Translations under genes and position numbers: made by a program
Assembly: GCA_963787835.1 (NCBI GenBank)
Contig: CAWBEI010000002.1
Coordinates: 1,472,001-1,536,000, forward strand
DNA length: 64,000 bases
Origin: Ignavibacteriota bacterium
Lineage (GTDB): Bacteria > Bacteroidota > Ignavibacteria > Palsa-1295
Direction of reading: 5' to 3'
Shown here: piece by piece, positions 18,552 through 26,960 of the stretch
Layout: every line of letters begins with the position of its first letter
How positions within the stretch are numbered: the stretch's first letter is position 1
Notes under the pieces: model-generated
Told to the model about the DNA's origin: nothing
Seen by the model: only the letters and a program-made list of their open reading frames with translations
The model's database searches: none

Positions 18552-19079
18552 TTACTTCGAGCGCATGCCCGGACGGTGAGGATTCTTTGAACGCGGCGGT
18601 CCCAGTAATTCTCGGGTAACGATAAAGGTGCGAAGTGCATCTTTATCTAAAGGAATTTGGCGGCGTACCACATCGACTTTCTCGTAATTTTGCATCCCAA
18701 GAGAAGAAACGGGCGTAACGATTTCTTCGACCACTTCGTCATTCACAGGCACGATCTTTTTCTTGCGCTTTGCAGATTCCATCAGCGGACGAATGGCTTC
18801 GGGCGGCTCTTCGATGGCTGGCTGTGAGCGGTCTTGATAAGGAGTTGTCGGAAGAGGAATCGAGCGATCGGCACGAACCGGTTGATTCTCTTCGGCGCTT
18901 ACAGGACCTAAAATATCCGCTGGCCGCTGGCTCATTCGAGAGGGACGAGGTGGGGTGGGCATCGTTGACGATGCGCCCTGCGCGGCAGCATCCTTCATCT
19001 TTTGCGCGCGCATCGCCTTCCTGCGAGCCTGCAAGATGCCCCATCCGATGATGACAATTAAATAAATTACAGTTTTCAT
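18552..19079 (-). CDS. Hypothetical protein with N-terminal TM
   Basis: N-terminal anchor, Pro-rich linker, C-terminal LR..IV..E.LGPPRS motif. Confidence 0.7.
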   Translation of the reverse strand: MKTVIYLIVIIGWGILQARRKAMRAQKMKDAAAQGASSTMPTPPRPSRMSQRPADILGPVSAEENQPVRADRSIPLPTTPYQDRSQPAIEEPPEAIRPLMESAKRKKKIVPVNDEVVEEIVTPVSSLGMQNYEKVDVVRRQIPLDKDALRTFIVTRELLGPPRSKNPHRPGMRSK

Positions 19080-19082
19080 CGC

Positions 19083-19202
19083 GTAGCCGTGACCTTTAGG
19101 TCACGGTGTGTAGATGTGCGTTCCCGTAGCCGTGACCTTCAGGTCACGGTGTGTAATAGCCATGATATTGTCGTTACACCGCGAGCTAAAGCTCACGGCT
19201 AC
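19083..19202. repeat. GTAG REPs, family G (3 units)
   Basis: GTAGCCGTGACCTTYAGGTCACGG x2 plus inverted CCGCGAGCTAAAGCTCACGGCTAC. Confidence 0.95.
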
Positions 19203-20437
19203 ATTCCAAAAACAATATTTCCCTTCTTCACCACTGCCACCACGTCGCTGACAGCAATATGATATGGCAGATATTCCAGCCGGGGAATATCATACAACAC
19301 GAAGTCCGCCAGTTTATTCCGCTCGATCGAACCATGCGTTTCGGCGCGGCCCAGAGCGGCAGCGCCGTTCAGCGTTGCGGCGGTTAATGCCTCGGTTGGC
19401 GACATCTGCATTCCGATCACGGCAAGTGTCATCGCGAATTGCATATTCTCGCTCATGGCGCTGCCGGGATTGCAATCCGTCGCGATGGCAACAGCGCATC
19501 CGGCATCGATCAGCTTCCGCGCGGGTGCATAATCTGCGCGCAAGCTAAGTGCAGTGATCGGCAACAATGTAGCAACAGTTCGCTCACTATTTGCGAGTGC
19601 CTGGATCCCTTCGTTACTAATTTTTAGAAGATGGTCTGCGCTGTACGCGCCGAGTTCCACTGCTGTTCTTGCGCCATCGGTTTCGGCAAGCTCATCGGCA
19701 TGGAGTTTTATTTTCATTCCCAATGCTTGTGCTGTGTTGCAGATCTGGAGGGTGTTTTCTTTTGAAAAATATCCTTCATCCATAAAGACGTCGCAGAATT
19801 CAGCCAGTTCGTGGAGCGCGGGTAATTGGACGGATCGGACGTGTTGGACATATTCTGATCGTGAGGTTCCATCGGGTACTGCGTGAGCGCCGAGATAGGT
19901 TCTTATTATTTCCATCGGCGTTTCTTCGCCCAGGCGCTTTGCAGCAAGGAGAAGTTTTCGCTCTTCTTCGGTAGCAAGCCCATAACCCGATTTTATTTCC
20001 ATCGTGGTCGTGCCGAGGCTCAATGCGCGCTCAATGATGGGCTTGGAATTTTTCACAATTTCGTCGATGGACGCATGGTGGACAGCGTGGACAGAAGAAA
20101 GAATTCCCCCTCCCATCGCCGCGATCTCCTGATACGATCGGCCTTCGGCGCGCATGGCGAATTCAAGGCATCGTTCTCCTGCGAATACAGCATGTGTGTG
20201 GGAATCGACAAAACCGGGCAGTGCAACAAGGCCGCGGCAATCGACCCGATCAATTTCCCCCACCTTAAGTAGGAGGGGGTCAGCAGGTGGTTTTGACCCA
20301 ACGTATTCGATCGTGCCATCATCACGGACAAGAATGCACGCATTGGACATCTCTTCAATTTTGCCCATTGCTCTGCCCCGCACCAGTGAGAATCCGCGCG
20401 GCGTGTAGAGTTTCCGGATGTTATGATACAACTTCAC
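19199..20437 (-). CDS. hutI: Imidazolonepropionase
   Basis: PGFVDSHTHAVFAG.R..EF, GTTTMEIKSGYGL, FCDVF, KLHADE, SADHL, ATDCNPGS. Confidence 0.96.
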   Translation of the reverse strand: MKLYHNIRKLYTPRGFSLVRGRAMGKIEEMSNACILVRDDGTIEYVGSKPPADPLLLKVGEIDRVDCRGLVALPGFVDSHTHAVFAGERCLEFAMRAEGRSYQEIAAMGGGILSSVHAVHHASIDEIVKNSKPIIERALSLGTTTMEIKSGYGLATEEERKLLLAAKRLGEETPMEIIRTYLGAHAVPDGTSRSEYVQHVRSVQLPALHELAEFCDVFMDEGYFSKENTLQICNTAQALGMKIKLHADELAETDGARTAVELGAYSADHLLKISNEGIQALANSERTVATLLPITALSLRADYAPARKLIDAGCAVAIATDCNPGSAMSENMQFAMTLAVIGMQMSPTEALTAATLNGAAALGRAETHGSIERNKLADFVLYDIPRLEYLPYHIAVSDVVAVVKKGNIVFGM

Positions 20438-20441
20438 AATA

Positions 20442-20449
20442 CAAAGATA
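20442..20449 (-). promoter_or_regulatory. -7 element TATCTTTG for hutI
   Basis: cgTATCTTTG ends 4 nt before the GTG start. Confidence 0.55.
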
Positions 20450-20457
20450 CGAGCTTT

Positions 20458-21323
20458 GTAGCCGTAACCTTCAGGTTACGGTGTGAATGAGCAAAGCAGT
20501 TGCAGTCACACCGTGAGCTAAAGCTCACGGCTACGAAATTCCGCGTAGCCGTAACCTTCAGGTTACGGTATGAATGTGCAAAGCTGTTGCATTACACCGT
20601 GAGCTGAAGCTCACGGCTATGAGATTCCATCACAATATTCCACCGGTCCATTTTGATAGATCGAACACGGTCGAGCCTTTGAATGGATAATCCTGCCACG
20701 TATCGCAGATCCCCGCACGAACCGGATTATTTAAAATATAGGTGATGAGTTTGGCGAGATCTTCTTGCTCTCGAAGAATATGGTCATAAAAATCTTCTTG
20801 CCATCGAACATCGCTCTGATTTCTTGCAAGCCAGAATCCAGAGTATTGCTTGAACACTCGCATCGCCCCATAAATATCCGATGTGGACTCAAGTCCCGTA
20901 ATAACAACATGCAGATGGTCGGGCATGAAGAGATATACCTCCGATGCACAGTGATACTGTGATAATGCTCGTAATAAATGTTTTTCGTGAATCTCGAACG
21001 TTTCTCTCGTAAGAAAATAATTATGCCGTTGATCAATACACGCTGTAAAGGATGCTCGAACAAATCCTCGATACGTTTCGCGAGGAAGGCGGTGTTTCTT
21101 TTCCTGGATCATGTAAGTTTGAACAATACACCGTAGCCTAAAGGTTACGGCTACGAATCCCCGTAGCCGTGACCTTCAGGTCACGGTGAATTTTGCGATG
21201 CCGTTGCAGTTACACCGTGAGCTAAAGCTCACGGCTACGAATCCCCGTAGCCGTAACCTTTAGGTTACGGTGTGAATTAATGATGGTGTTGCCGTTACAC
21301 CGTGAGCTAAAGCTCACGGCTAC
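20458..21323. mobile_element. REPtron: RAYT flanked by 9 family G REPs
   Basis: Doublets 20458-20534 and 20545-20620; single 21127-21154; doublets 21163-21238 and 21247-21323. Confidence 0.92.
20630..21112 (-). CDS. REP-associated tyrosine transposase (RAYT, IS200-like HUH), copy 1
   Basis: YLFMPDHLHV (HUH), WQEDFYDHILR, YILNNPVRAG. Confidence 0.93.
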   Translation of the reverse strand: MIQEKKHRLPRETYRGFVRASFTACIDQRHNYFLTRETFEIHEKHLLRALSQYHCASEVYLFMPDHLHVVITGLESTSDIYGAMRVFKQYSGFWLARNQSDVRWQEDFYDHILREQEDLAKLITYILNNPVRAGICDTWQDYPFKGSTVFDLSKWTGGIL

Positions 21324-21346
21324 GTTCGGATGGCGGATAATCGTCG

Positions 21347-21354
21347 TATTTTTG
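21347..21354 (+). promoter_or_regulatory. -7 element TATTTTTG for hutH
   Basis: cgTATTTTTG ends 4 nt before the GTG start. Confidence 0.55.
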
Positions 21355-21358
21355 CACT

Positions 21359-22966
21359 GTGATTACATTAGACGGCAATTCTCTTACTATTGAAGACGTC
21401 GCCCGCGTTGCGCGGGGCGAGGAGCGGGATATAAAAATTTCGGAAGAAGCGAAAGTAAACATCGCTCGCTCACGAGCGCTGGTGGACGAATGGGTCGAGC
21501 GCGGCGAGATCATTTACGGCGTGACGACCGGCTTCGGCGAATTCGCAAATGTCAACATTCCTCATGAGGAGCTTCGTCAGCTTCAGCAGAATTTATTACG
21601 TTCCCACAGCGCAGGAGTTGGTGAACCGCTTGCACCGGAAGTAGTTCGGGCGATGCTGTTGCTTCGCGCGAATGCGCTCGCGAAAGGCTGCTCAGGAATT
21701 CGCCTTGTTGCCATTGAGCAATTATTGAAATTCCTGGCAGCGGATATACTTCCCGTGATCCCATCGCGCGGAAGCGTTGGTTCTTCCGGCGACCTTGCAC
21801 CATTGGCGCATCTGGCGCTTGCGCTAACCGGGGAAGGATATGTTGCGCAAACTTCAGTTTGCGATTCGGTCGAGGGGTCGCAAACTAAAGTTTGCGCTAC
21901 ACGGGAAGCCTTGCAACAGGCTGGTATCGCACCTCTCATTTTAGAAGCCAAAGAAGGGCTTGCGCTCATCAATGGAACTCAAATGATGTCGGCTATCGGT
22001 TGCCTTGCGCTCACCAGAGCGAAACAGCTTGCCGATCTGGCCGATATTGCCGGTGCGATGTCCTTCGAGGCTCTGCGTGCAACGGATACTGCATTCGATC
22101 CGCGCATTCATGCCGCACGCCCGCATAAGGGGCAGCAATTCGTCGCGGAGCGAATGCTTGGCCTCATTGCCGGCAGCGAAATTCGCCAATCGCATCGCGC
22201 GAATGACCCGCGTGTGCAGGATGCCTATTCCGTTCGCTGCATCCCGCAGGTTCACGGCGCTGTGCGGGATACCATAGAGTTCGTTGAGCGGACGTTGACG
22301 ATAGAAATAAACTCAGCGACAGATAATCCGCTTATATTTCCAGATGTAACACAAAATGTAGCGCAAACTTCAGTTTGCGACCCCGCGAATGGGTCGCAAA
22401 CTAAAGTTTGCGCTACAAGTGCACATCTCGAAGGCGGCAACTTCCACGGCGAACCGCTCGCTCTCGCCCTCGATTATCTCGCTATCGCGCTCTCGGAACT
22501 TGCCAGCATTTCCGAACGCCGCACGGAACGGCTAATCAATGGTGCACTTTCGAATGGGTTGCCTCGGTTCCTCACCGACCATGGCGGACTGAATTCCGGC
22601 TACATGATCGCGCAATACACCGCCGCTGCTCTCGTAAGCGAAAATAAAGTTCTCGCGCATCCCGCGAGCGTCGATTCCATCCCCACGAGCGCCAATATGG
22701 AAGATCACAATTCCATGGGATCTATTGCGGCGCTGAAATTGCGAAGTGTTGTGAAGAATGTCGAGACCGTCCTCGCCATCGAGCTGCTTTGCGCCGCGCA
22801 GGGGATCGATTTCCTCGCGCCGCTCAAGCCCGGCAAAGGCACCGGCAGCGCACACGAACGTATCCGCCAGCGCGTCCCGCATTTGGATAAGGATAGGAAT
22901 GTATCCCAGGATATTGCAAAAGTCCTCGAATTAACGCAAGGAAGAGAGTTTTTGAAAAACATCTGA
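21359..22966 (+). CDS. hutH: Histidine ammonia-lyase with two in-frame REP doublets
   Basis: IYGVTTGFG, LLRSHSAG, GSVGSSGDLAPL, KEGLALINGTQ, VQDAYS.RC.PQVHG, GGNFHGEP; divergent from hutI. Confidence 0.96.
   Translation: MITLDGNSLTIEDVARVARGEERDIKISEEAKVNIARSRALVDEWVERGEIIYGVTTGFGEFANVNIPHEELRQLQQNLLRSHSAGVGEPLAPEVVRAMLLLRANALAKGCSGIRLVAIEQLLKFLAADILPVIPSRGSVGSSGDLAPLAHLALALTGEGYVAQTSVCDSVEGSQTKVCATREALQQAGIAPLILEAKEGLALINGTQMMSAIGCLALTRAKQLADLADIAGAMSFEALRATDTAFDPRIHAARPHKGQQFVAERMLGLIAGSEIRQSHRANDPRVQDAYSVRCIPQVHGAVRDTIEFVERTLTIEINSATDNPLIFPDVTQNVAQTSVCDPANGSQTKVCATSAHLEGGNFHGEPLALALDYLAIALSELASISERRTERLINGALSNGLPRFLTDHGGLNSGYMIAQYTAAALVSENKVLAHPASVDSIPTSANMEDHNSMGSIAALKLRSVVKNVETVLAIELLCAAQGIDFLAPLKPGKGTGSAHERIRQRVPHLDKDRNVSQDIAKVLELTQGREFLKNI
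21841..21901. repeat. Family H REP doublet inside hutH
   Basis: TGTTGCGCAAACTTCAGTTTGCGA...TCGCAAACTAAAGTTTGCGCTACA. Confidence 0.95.
22357..22417. repeat. Family H REP doublet inside hutH
   Basis: TGTAGCGCAAACTTCAGTTTGCGACCC...GGGTCGCAAACTAAAGTTTGCGCTACA. Confidence 0.96.
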
Positions 22967-22977
22967 TTTGCCCATCA

Positions 22978-23059
22978 TGTCATCCCCGCGAAAGCGGGGA
23001 TCCAGACCCAAACTTCACTGAAACGTGAGGCCTGGATTCCCGCTTTCGCGGGAATGACA
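22978..23059. repeat. Family A doublet without a nuclease gene
   Basis: TGTCATCCCCGCGAAAGCGGGGATCCAG...CTGGATTCCCGCTTTCGCGGGAATGACA. Confidence 0.95.
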
Positions 23060-23133
23060 ATCACCAGATTTATTAAATAGGTCAAAAATAAGTCCCTCCT
23101 GCATTATTCCACGAGATTCTTGTTGTCCTCTTC

Positions 23134-24306
23134 ATGAGAAATCGCGTTGTCCTGGGCGTCCTGTTCCTGCTGCTTATCGCCGAAGCGCTTCCCTCGTGCA
23201 AATCGCCGATTTCCCCCACACCCGCTGGGCCAACGCTTACGCTGATCCTTCCTGATTCCGCCCATGTATTCGATACCCTCGCGATTTCAGCACATTTCTC
23301 AGAATCGATCGAACCTACTTGGCTCTTCGCATGGCAATTCGGTGATTCCGCAAAGGCATCGACACGCTGGTTGCCCGTTTCCCACATCTACGATAGTGCT
23401 GGAACGTTCACAGTTCAACTTGCGGTGACGGACACTTTTGCACTCAAAACCATCGCGAAACAGACGGGGCAACTCAAGGTCATGCCCCTGAATACCCCTA
23501 CACTGATGCTCACCGCGCCCGCCACCAACTTCTGGGGAGATTCTTGTCCGATGAGGATTCAGAGTTCCCTTCCATTAAAACCATCCTGGGCTTATTCGTG
23601 GACGTTCGGCGATAGCACGACCCTGACATCTGGGCAAGATTCGATCCTGCATTATTTTGTCACTCCCGGAACATTCACGGTTCGCGTCTCGCTGAGTGAC
23701 ACGCAGCATCACATTCCGCTCGGCTCCCAAACGGCTACGGTGAAAGTAACTGCTCGGCATTTCAATTTGGCATTGTTGCAATCGATGAAGTACGTTGATT
23801 TTCGTTACCAAGCTCGAATATCTTTATCTTCAACCGGTGGTGGGGGTGGTCCTTGCGGGACAATCCCAACAACAGATACATTAACATGGAGTGGTGTCAA
23901 ATTTACTATGAATTCGACCATTAGCTATGAAATTTCAGAACCACAAGTCGAGAAAGACAGTGAATACGGGGTGTATTCTATTAATGGTACAATGAATAAT
24001 GATAGTTCCGAGTTAGATATTTTCTCAGGGAATATTTTTTACACGTCTCAGGATTTTAATTATATGGAAAATTCTGGATGCTATACCACCTATGATAACT
24101 TTTTCGATGCAGAAGCTGTGCCACTTTTAAGACAATCTGATACTGATGTTGTTTTCAAAGCCAGAGGTAACCTTATTAAGAATGCGCGCTATGGAAATAT
24201 TTTTTCTGGAGCTGTACCACATACTGGACAGTTCTCTGTTGACGATACTGCCGTCTTTAGCGATCAGTCTGCAGATCCTTACGTCACCATCCGCTTCCAC
24301 AAATAA
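23134..24306 (+). CDS. PKD-domain lipoprotein (two PKD-like repeats)
   Basis: Lipobox ALPSC; W.FGDS...H.Y...GTFTV.L twice. Confidence 0.8.
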   Translation: MRNRVVLGVLFLLLIAEALPSCKSPISPTPAGPTLTLILPDSAHVFDTLAISAHFSESIEPTWLFAWQFGDSAKASTRWLPVSHIYDSAGTFTVQLAVTDTFALKTIAKQTGQLKVMPLNTPTLMLTAPATNFWGDSCPMRIQSSLPLKPSWAYSWTFGDSTTLTSGQDSILHYFVTPGTFTVRVSLSDTQHHIPLGSQTATVKVTARHFNLALLQSMKYVDFRYQARISLSSTGGGGGPCGTIPTTDTLTWSGVKFTMNSTISYEISEPQVEKDSEYGVYSINGTMNNDSSELDIFSGNIFYTSQDFNYMENSGCYTTYDNFFDAEAVPLLRQSDTDVVFKARGNLIKNARYGNIFSGAVPHTGQFSVDDTAVFSDQSADPYVTIRFHK

Positions 24307-24308
24307 CC

Positions 24309-25223
24309 ATGCGGTCTCGTAATATTCTTAGTCTCTTGCTCCTGCTGCTTATCACCGCAGCTCTTCCCTCGTGCAAGTCGCCGACGGCAACCACGCAATC
24401 TTCCTTGTTTACGTTGATTTTGCCGGACTCAACCGTAGCATGGGGTGATTCTGCGATGATGATGGTCGTTCCGGCGAAGCCACTGAGTTCATCATCTATT
24501 TTTACCTGGACGTTCGGAGATAGTTCATCTCTCGTTTCACGCAATGATACCATCATCCATTATTATCCAGATACGGGTGTGTTTTCCGTGAAGGTTGCTT
24601 TGAATGACACATCGAATAGATCCCAACACGGTACGGAATCTGGGATGGTGGCCGTCGCGGCGCGGCATTTCAATTTGGCGCTGTTGCAGTCGATGCCGTA
24701 TGTGGATGTTCAATGTTCGGGAAAAACCATTGTTGCATCGAATAATATTCTAACTTGCTCTCCCTGTGGTCCTGGCCTTGTAGAGGTGACGTCCTCATTA
24801 CAATTGACATGGACGAATTCAAATTTCAGCGGATCGTACTCTGAATTTAAGAACGATACAGTCGGTAATACATTCAACGATTTAAATGCTTGGCAGACGA
24901 TATTAGGTTCGTATGATAAGAATCTTACTAAAATCGTAAGCTATTCATTGCAGTCAAGCATAGATCAATCTGAAAGCTTTTCAGGTTCAGAGTCATGTGT
25001 TCAACAAAGTTCATCTTCGGGATCATTTGTACAAATCCCCTTCAAGCATCAATCAGATTCTGAAGTCGTTTTCGAAGCAGTAGGAACACTTACTTTAAAA
25101 GACAGTTGTGCCTCCGGTTGCAGTGGATATAATCCAGGTGAAGGGAATCCTCAATATAATTCCCACGTTGATTTTGCCGATACAACTGTTACTCCTTACG
25201 TCATCATCCGCTTCCACAAATAA
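24309..25223 (+). CDS. PKD-domain lipoprotein, paralog
   Basis: Lipobox ALPSC; WTFGDS; shares ARHFNLALLQSM and PYV.IRFHK with the upstream gene. Confidence 0.8.
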   Translation: MRSRNILSLLLLLLITAALPSCKSPTATTQSSLFTLILPDSTVAWGDSAMMMVVPAKPLSSSSIFTWTFGDSSSLVSRNDTIIHYYPDTGVFSVKVALNDTSNRSQHGTESGMVAVAARHFNLALLQSMPYVDVQCSGKTIVASNNILTCSPCGPGLVEVTSSLQLTWTNSNFSGSYSEFKNDTVGNTFNDLNAWQTILGSYDKNLTKIVSYSLQSSIDQSESFSGSESCVQQSSSSGSFVQIPFKHQSDSEVVFEAVGTLTLKDSCASGCSGYNPGEGNPQYNSHVDFADTTVTPYVIIRFHK

Positions 25224-25234
25224 TCGCGAATCTC

Positions 25235-25311
25235 GTAGCCGTGACCTTCAGGTCACGGTGTGAATCAGCAACGGTATTTCATTTACACCGTGAGCTAAAG
25301 CTCACGGCTAC
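25235..25311. repeat. Family G REP doublet (REPIN)
   Basis: GTAGCCGTGACCTTCAGGTCACGG...CCGTGAGCTAAAGCTCACGGCTAC. Confidence 0.95.
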
Positions 25312-25361
25312 AAGGTTATGCGAACGCCCTTCCTACGAAAGCGCGTTTCATCAGGCAACTC

Positions 25362-26759
25362 ATGATTCGCAGACTTTACAAGGAATACCGTTTCCAGATC
25401 ATTCTGGCGTTTTCGCTGGTCGTTCTGGAGAATTTCGCCTACGTGGCGGAGCCGTATGTCTTTGGGAAAGCGATAGATGGACTCCGCGAAGCCAACCGTG
25501 TGGAAGAAGAAGTTGATACCACGTTATCGTCGTTTCAGCGCAGGGAATTAGCGGATTCGATACGCGCGCGCGTTGTCGATTCGATGAAGATGGTCGATTC
25601 CCTTCAGCGGCTGGATTCACTTTCCTCCAGCCTATATCCCAGCGAACCCGCGATAAACGATGCTTCGATGGAAGCCGATCACGCCGAAGCGGATGCCCGG
25701 GCTTCGTATGTGCATCTCGCGTTGTATGTTGTTGGCCATCGGAATAGATCGGCTGCATTCGATACTGGAACTGTTTCATTGCCGCAGGAGGGAACTCCCG
25801 AGCGCGCACGGATCGATAGCATTCGCCATGCGCTCCGGCTATTCGACTCCATTCGGAGCCGGCAGCGTCACAAGAAGCATCCTCAGATGACGCGTCAGGC
25901 CGCTCGCGATTCCATTCTGAAGGCACACGCAGCCGGAAAGCCGTCTCCCGGTCCCGGAAAACCTGCCGGCACATCGAATCAACCTCCGAAACAGCCGCTC
26001 GTTTTTTACATGACGCGTGAGATCGGGCCGTTCCTTCCGCCGCTTATTCCGTGGGTGCTGCTGTTCCTCATCAACTCTGCTGTCGGCGCGATACGGCGTG
26101 TGTATGATACCCGCATCTATACCAAGATGTTCTCGAATCTTTCCAGCGATGTGGTTGCGCGGCAACTCGCGCAAGGGGAGGATCTCTCCAAAGTTGCGGC
26201 GCGAAGCGCTATGGCGTGGCATAATATCGAGTTCTTTCAGTATAATGTACCGGAGTTCCTCGAACAGCTTATTGCCGTCGGTGGAGCGGTCATTGCATTG
26301 GGGCTTTTTGACTGGCGGCTGACCGTCGTGGGATCGATATTGATCGTGCTTGTGGTGATCGGGAGCAGATATTACATGAACTTGTTGACGAATATTCAAT
26401 CGACGCTGCACGATCAGTATGAAGATGAATTCAACGTTTTCTCAACTCGCGAACCGGCCAAGATTCGCTCATACTATTCGAACATTGCGGATCTGGAGAT
26501 AAAGTATTCTGTCCGATCAACGTTCAGTTACGGTGTCGTCCGATTCTTTCTTCTTATCATGTTCCTCTCGACGCTCTATATCTCGATCGATCTGGATAAA
26601 TTCACCATCGGTGCGCTCTATTCCATCGTGGCATACGTATGGAGCTTCGTCACCGCTACGGAATACATCCCATATCTCTCCGAGAAATGGGTGGAGCTGA
26701 AAGATGCTTCGCGGAGGATCACAGAACCGCTGGAATCAGAACCTGGATTACGCGGATAA
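25362..26759 (+). CDS. ABC-exporter-type six-TM domain protein with large soluble insert
   Basis: LV..EN.....PYVFGKAIDGL ... GAIRRVYDTRIY; no NBD motifs. Confidence 0.65.
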   Translation: MIRRLYKEYRFQIILAFSLVVLENFAYVAEPYVFGKAIDGLREANRVEEEVDTTLSSFQRRELADSIRARVVDSMKMVDSLQRLDSLSSSLYPSEPAINDASMEADHAEADARASYVHLALYVVGHRNRSAAFDTGTVSLPQEGTPERARIDSIRHALRLFDSIRSRQRHKKHPQMTRQAARDSILKAHAAGKPSPGPGKPAGTSNQPPKQPLVFYMTREIGPFLPPLIPWVLLFLINSAVGAIRRVYDTRIYTKMFSNLSSDVVARQLAQGEDLSKVAARSAMAWHNIEFFQYNVPEFLEQLIAVGGAVIALGLFDWRLTVVGSILIVLVVIGSRYYMNLLTNIQSTLHDQYEDEFNVFSTREPAKIRSYYSNIADLEIKYSVRSTFSYGVVRFFLLIMFLSTLYISIDLDKFTIGALYSIVAYVWSFVTATEYIPYLSEKWVELKDASRRITEPLESEPGLRG

Positions 26760-26925
26760 GGACAGAAGCGGGATTTCGCGGATTTGGATGGATTTCGCGG
26801 ACGATTGCAAGGATTTATTCTCTTACGTCCGTCGAGGTAATTATCATGAAATTTGAATTTTACCCGCACAATCCGAAAAATCGTCCGCGTAATCCATCCA
26901 AATCTGTGTAATCCCGGTTCAGATT
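26734..26925. repeat. Family J element
   Basis: AATCAGAACCTGGATTACGCGGAT...(GGATTTCGC)n...AATCCCGGTTCAGATT. Confidence 0.8.
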
Positions 26926-26960
26926 GCGTATTTTTGTACCAATCATTTCCCAATAACCCT

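Noticed and set aside
20067-20095. TGGAC 9-mer-like periodicity inside hutI, similar to 529-599
   Set aside because: It encodes SSVHAVHHAS at the normal length for this HutI segment; there is no evidence of an insertion.
20458-21323. CRISPR array (regularly spaced ~25-30 bp repeats)
   Set aside because: Units alternate in orientation, spacers resemble each other, no cas genes are present, and GTAG tags plus the enclosed RAYT identify them as REPs.
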